From positions 1 through 27,996 of the forward strand of contig JBOFUV010000088.1 of the NCBI GenBank assembly GCA_051652765.1: 27,996 nt of DNA, given 5' to 3'. The stretch is from Microcoleaceae cyanobacterium. GTDB lineage: Bacteria > Cyanobacteriota > Cyanobacteriia > Cyanobacteriales > Microcoleaceae. A program made the translations under genes and the position numbers. Positions within the stretch are counted from its first letter, which is position 1; the number at the start of each line of letters is the position of its first letter. The notes beneath the pieces were generated by a model. It was not told where the DNA came from and searched no databases. It was given only the letters and a program-made list of their open reading frames with translations. Of the stretch, positions 26,943 to 27,996 are shown piece by piece.

Positions 26943-27437
26943 CTACTGCCATCCCTGAAAGCTAACACTTAGCCCCTCAGGGTCTTGTCCCTGCAAGTCA
27001 GCCTTATCAAAGATTTCACTCACGGGGACGGACTGTTTGGGTTCTAACACGCGATTTAGGGGAATGGAGATGGTGGTCAGGGGTTTGTTAGAACGAGTAA
27101 TCCGCAACTGTACTACCGCCACTTCAACCGGTTCGTCACTGCGATTGATCACCGTGGCCTTGACCCTGGAGGAGAGAAACTCTTCCTCTGCCACCTCAAG
27201 CTTAAGGTTCGTCGCCGTAATCGAAGCTGCGCCCGTAATTCGTCCCGCATTACAGAGACTAGTCAGATCGACAATCTGACCCTCAGGAGTGGCCCGGTAA
27301 CAAAATGGGTCTTGGGCGATCGCACCAGGAGCGGCAAATCCTCCCAGGGCAATAGACACCAGGATCATGCTCCACAATTTCCCTAAAGGTTTTCCTAAAG
27401 GCATTCTTGGCATCAGGCTTGACATCATTGTCTCCAT
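26943..27437 (-). CDS. Hypothetical exported protein
   Basis: Signal-peptide-like hydrophobic stretch ending AIA, CY...GQIVDLTSLC motif, beta-rich C-terminus; start uncertain. Confidence 0.7.
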   Translation of the reverse strand: METMMSSLMPRMPLGKPLGKLWSMILVSIALGGFAAPGAIAQDPFCYRATPEGQIVDLTSLCNAGRITGAASITATNLKLEVAEEEFLSSRVKATVINRSDEPVEVAVVQLRITRSNKPLTTISIPLNRVLEPKQSVPVSEIFDKADLQGQDPEGLSVSFQGWQ

Positions 27438-27469
27438 TTGGCTTCAAGGATTTTTATTCTAATGTTGGC

Positions 27470-27996
27470 CTAAGGTTGTACGTTGAGTGAGCGCTTCAGG
27501 ACAAAACCTCCCCAGAGCAGACCAAACACAACAACTCCCGCAACGCTAGAAGGCTCGGGAACAGGCTGAGTAACATCTGCCAGGGTAATATTGCCGGGGC
27601 CTGTGATGGTATTGGTAAAGGTTCCAAAGCTAATATTTGCGCTGTCGGGATTTTCAAAACCAGTGGTGACTAGAAAATATTGCGTCCCGTTCATGAGAGA
27701 TAAATCAAAAAAGCCAGAGTTGCCCACCTCCGGAAAGGAATCACTGCCACTGAGCAAATTGGTCAGGGGAGCCTCTGGATCAAACCCAGTCTGGTACAGG
27801 AACTGCAACCCATCAAAGTCTTGAACGCCTGCAACATCGTAGGAACCCGTTGCATCGACGGAAAACTGTTGGCTGAAATAGTTAACGGCTGTGCCAATGC
27901 TCGACAGGGATGTAATCGGGTTATTCACCCCTTCAAACCCTGGAGCGGCGGGACGGTTAAATATGGGGCCATCGGTTGTATCCCCAGAATAGGACA
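27470..27996 (-). CDS. PEP-CTERM sorting-domain protein (start lies beyond the window end)
   Basis: C-terminal VPEPSSVAGVVVFGLLWGGFVLKR. The frame stays open to the window edge (SYSGDTTDGPIFNRPAAPGFEGVNNP). Confidence 0.88.
   Translation of the reverse strand, partial: SYSGDTTDGPIFNRPAAPGFEGVNNPITSLSSIGTAVNYFSQQFSVDATGSYDVAGVQDFDGLQFLYQTGFDPEAPLTNLLSGSDSFPEVGNSGFFDLSLMNGTQYFLVTTGFENPDSANISFGTFTNTITGPGNITLADVTQPVPEPSSVAGVVVFGLLWGGFVLKRSLNVQP

Overview
Cyanobacterial chromosomal DNA, judged by about 20 HIP1 octamers (GCGATCGC) and the pipX, sepF, sigG and thiC genes. The left part is the conserved core cluster der(engA, 3' end)-ecfT/ycf92-pipX-pipY-sepF-proC plus a GH57-family gene. The right part is housekeeping: DUF3318, DUF3598, SAM hydroxide adenosyltransferase, Ser/Thr kinase, tRNA-Asp, TPP riboswitch-thiC, holA, sigG with its anti-sigma, and a PEP-CTERM protein. 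Between them (~8.1-13.3 kb) is an AT-richer accessory segment. Its most notable content, not shown as such by the ORF track, is a decayed integron. This consists of a deleted and frameshifted intI remnant (13037-13182, +), a divergent attI-like core site, an intact ~1.24 kb cassette encoding an orphan ParA-type ATPase closed by a well-formed attC (11728-11814), and a second, inactivated phosphotransferase cassette. That second cassette ends at a HIP1 site directly against a DUF1611 + PLP-racemase operon. All family assignments come from motif recognition by eye; no searches were run.
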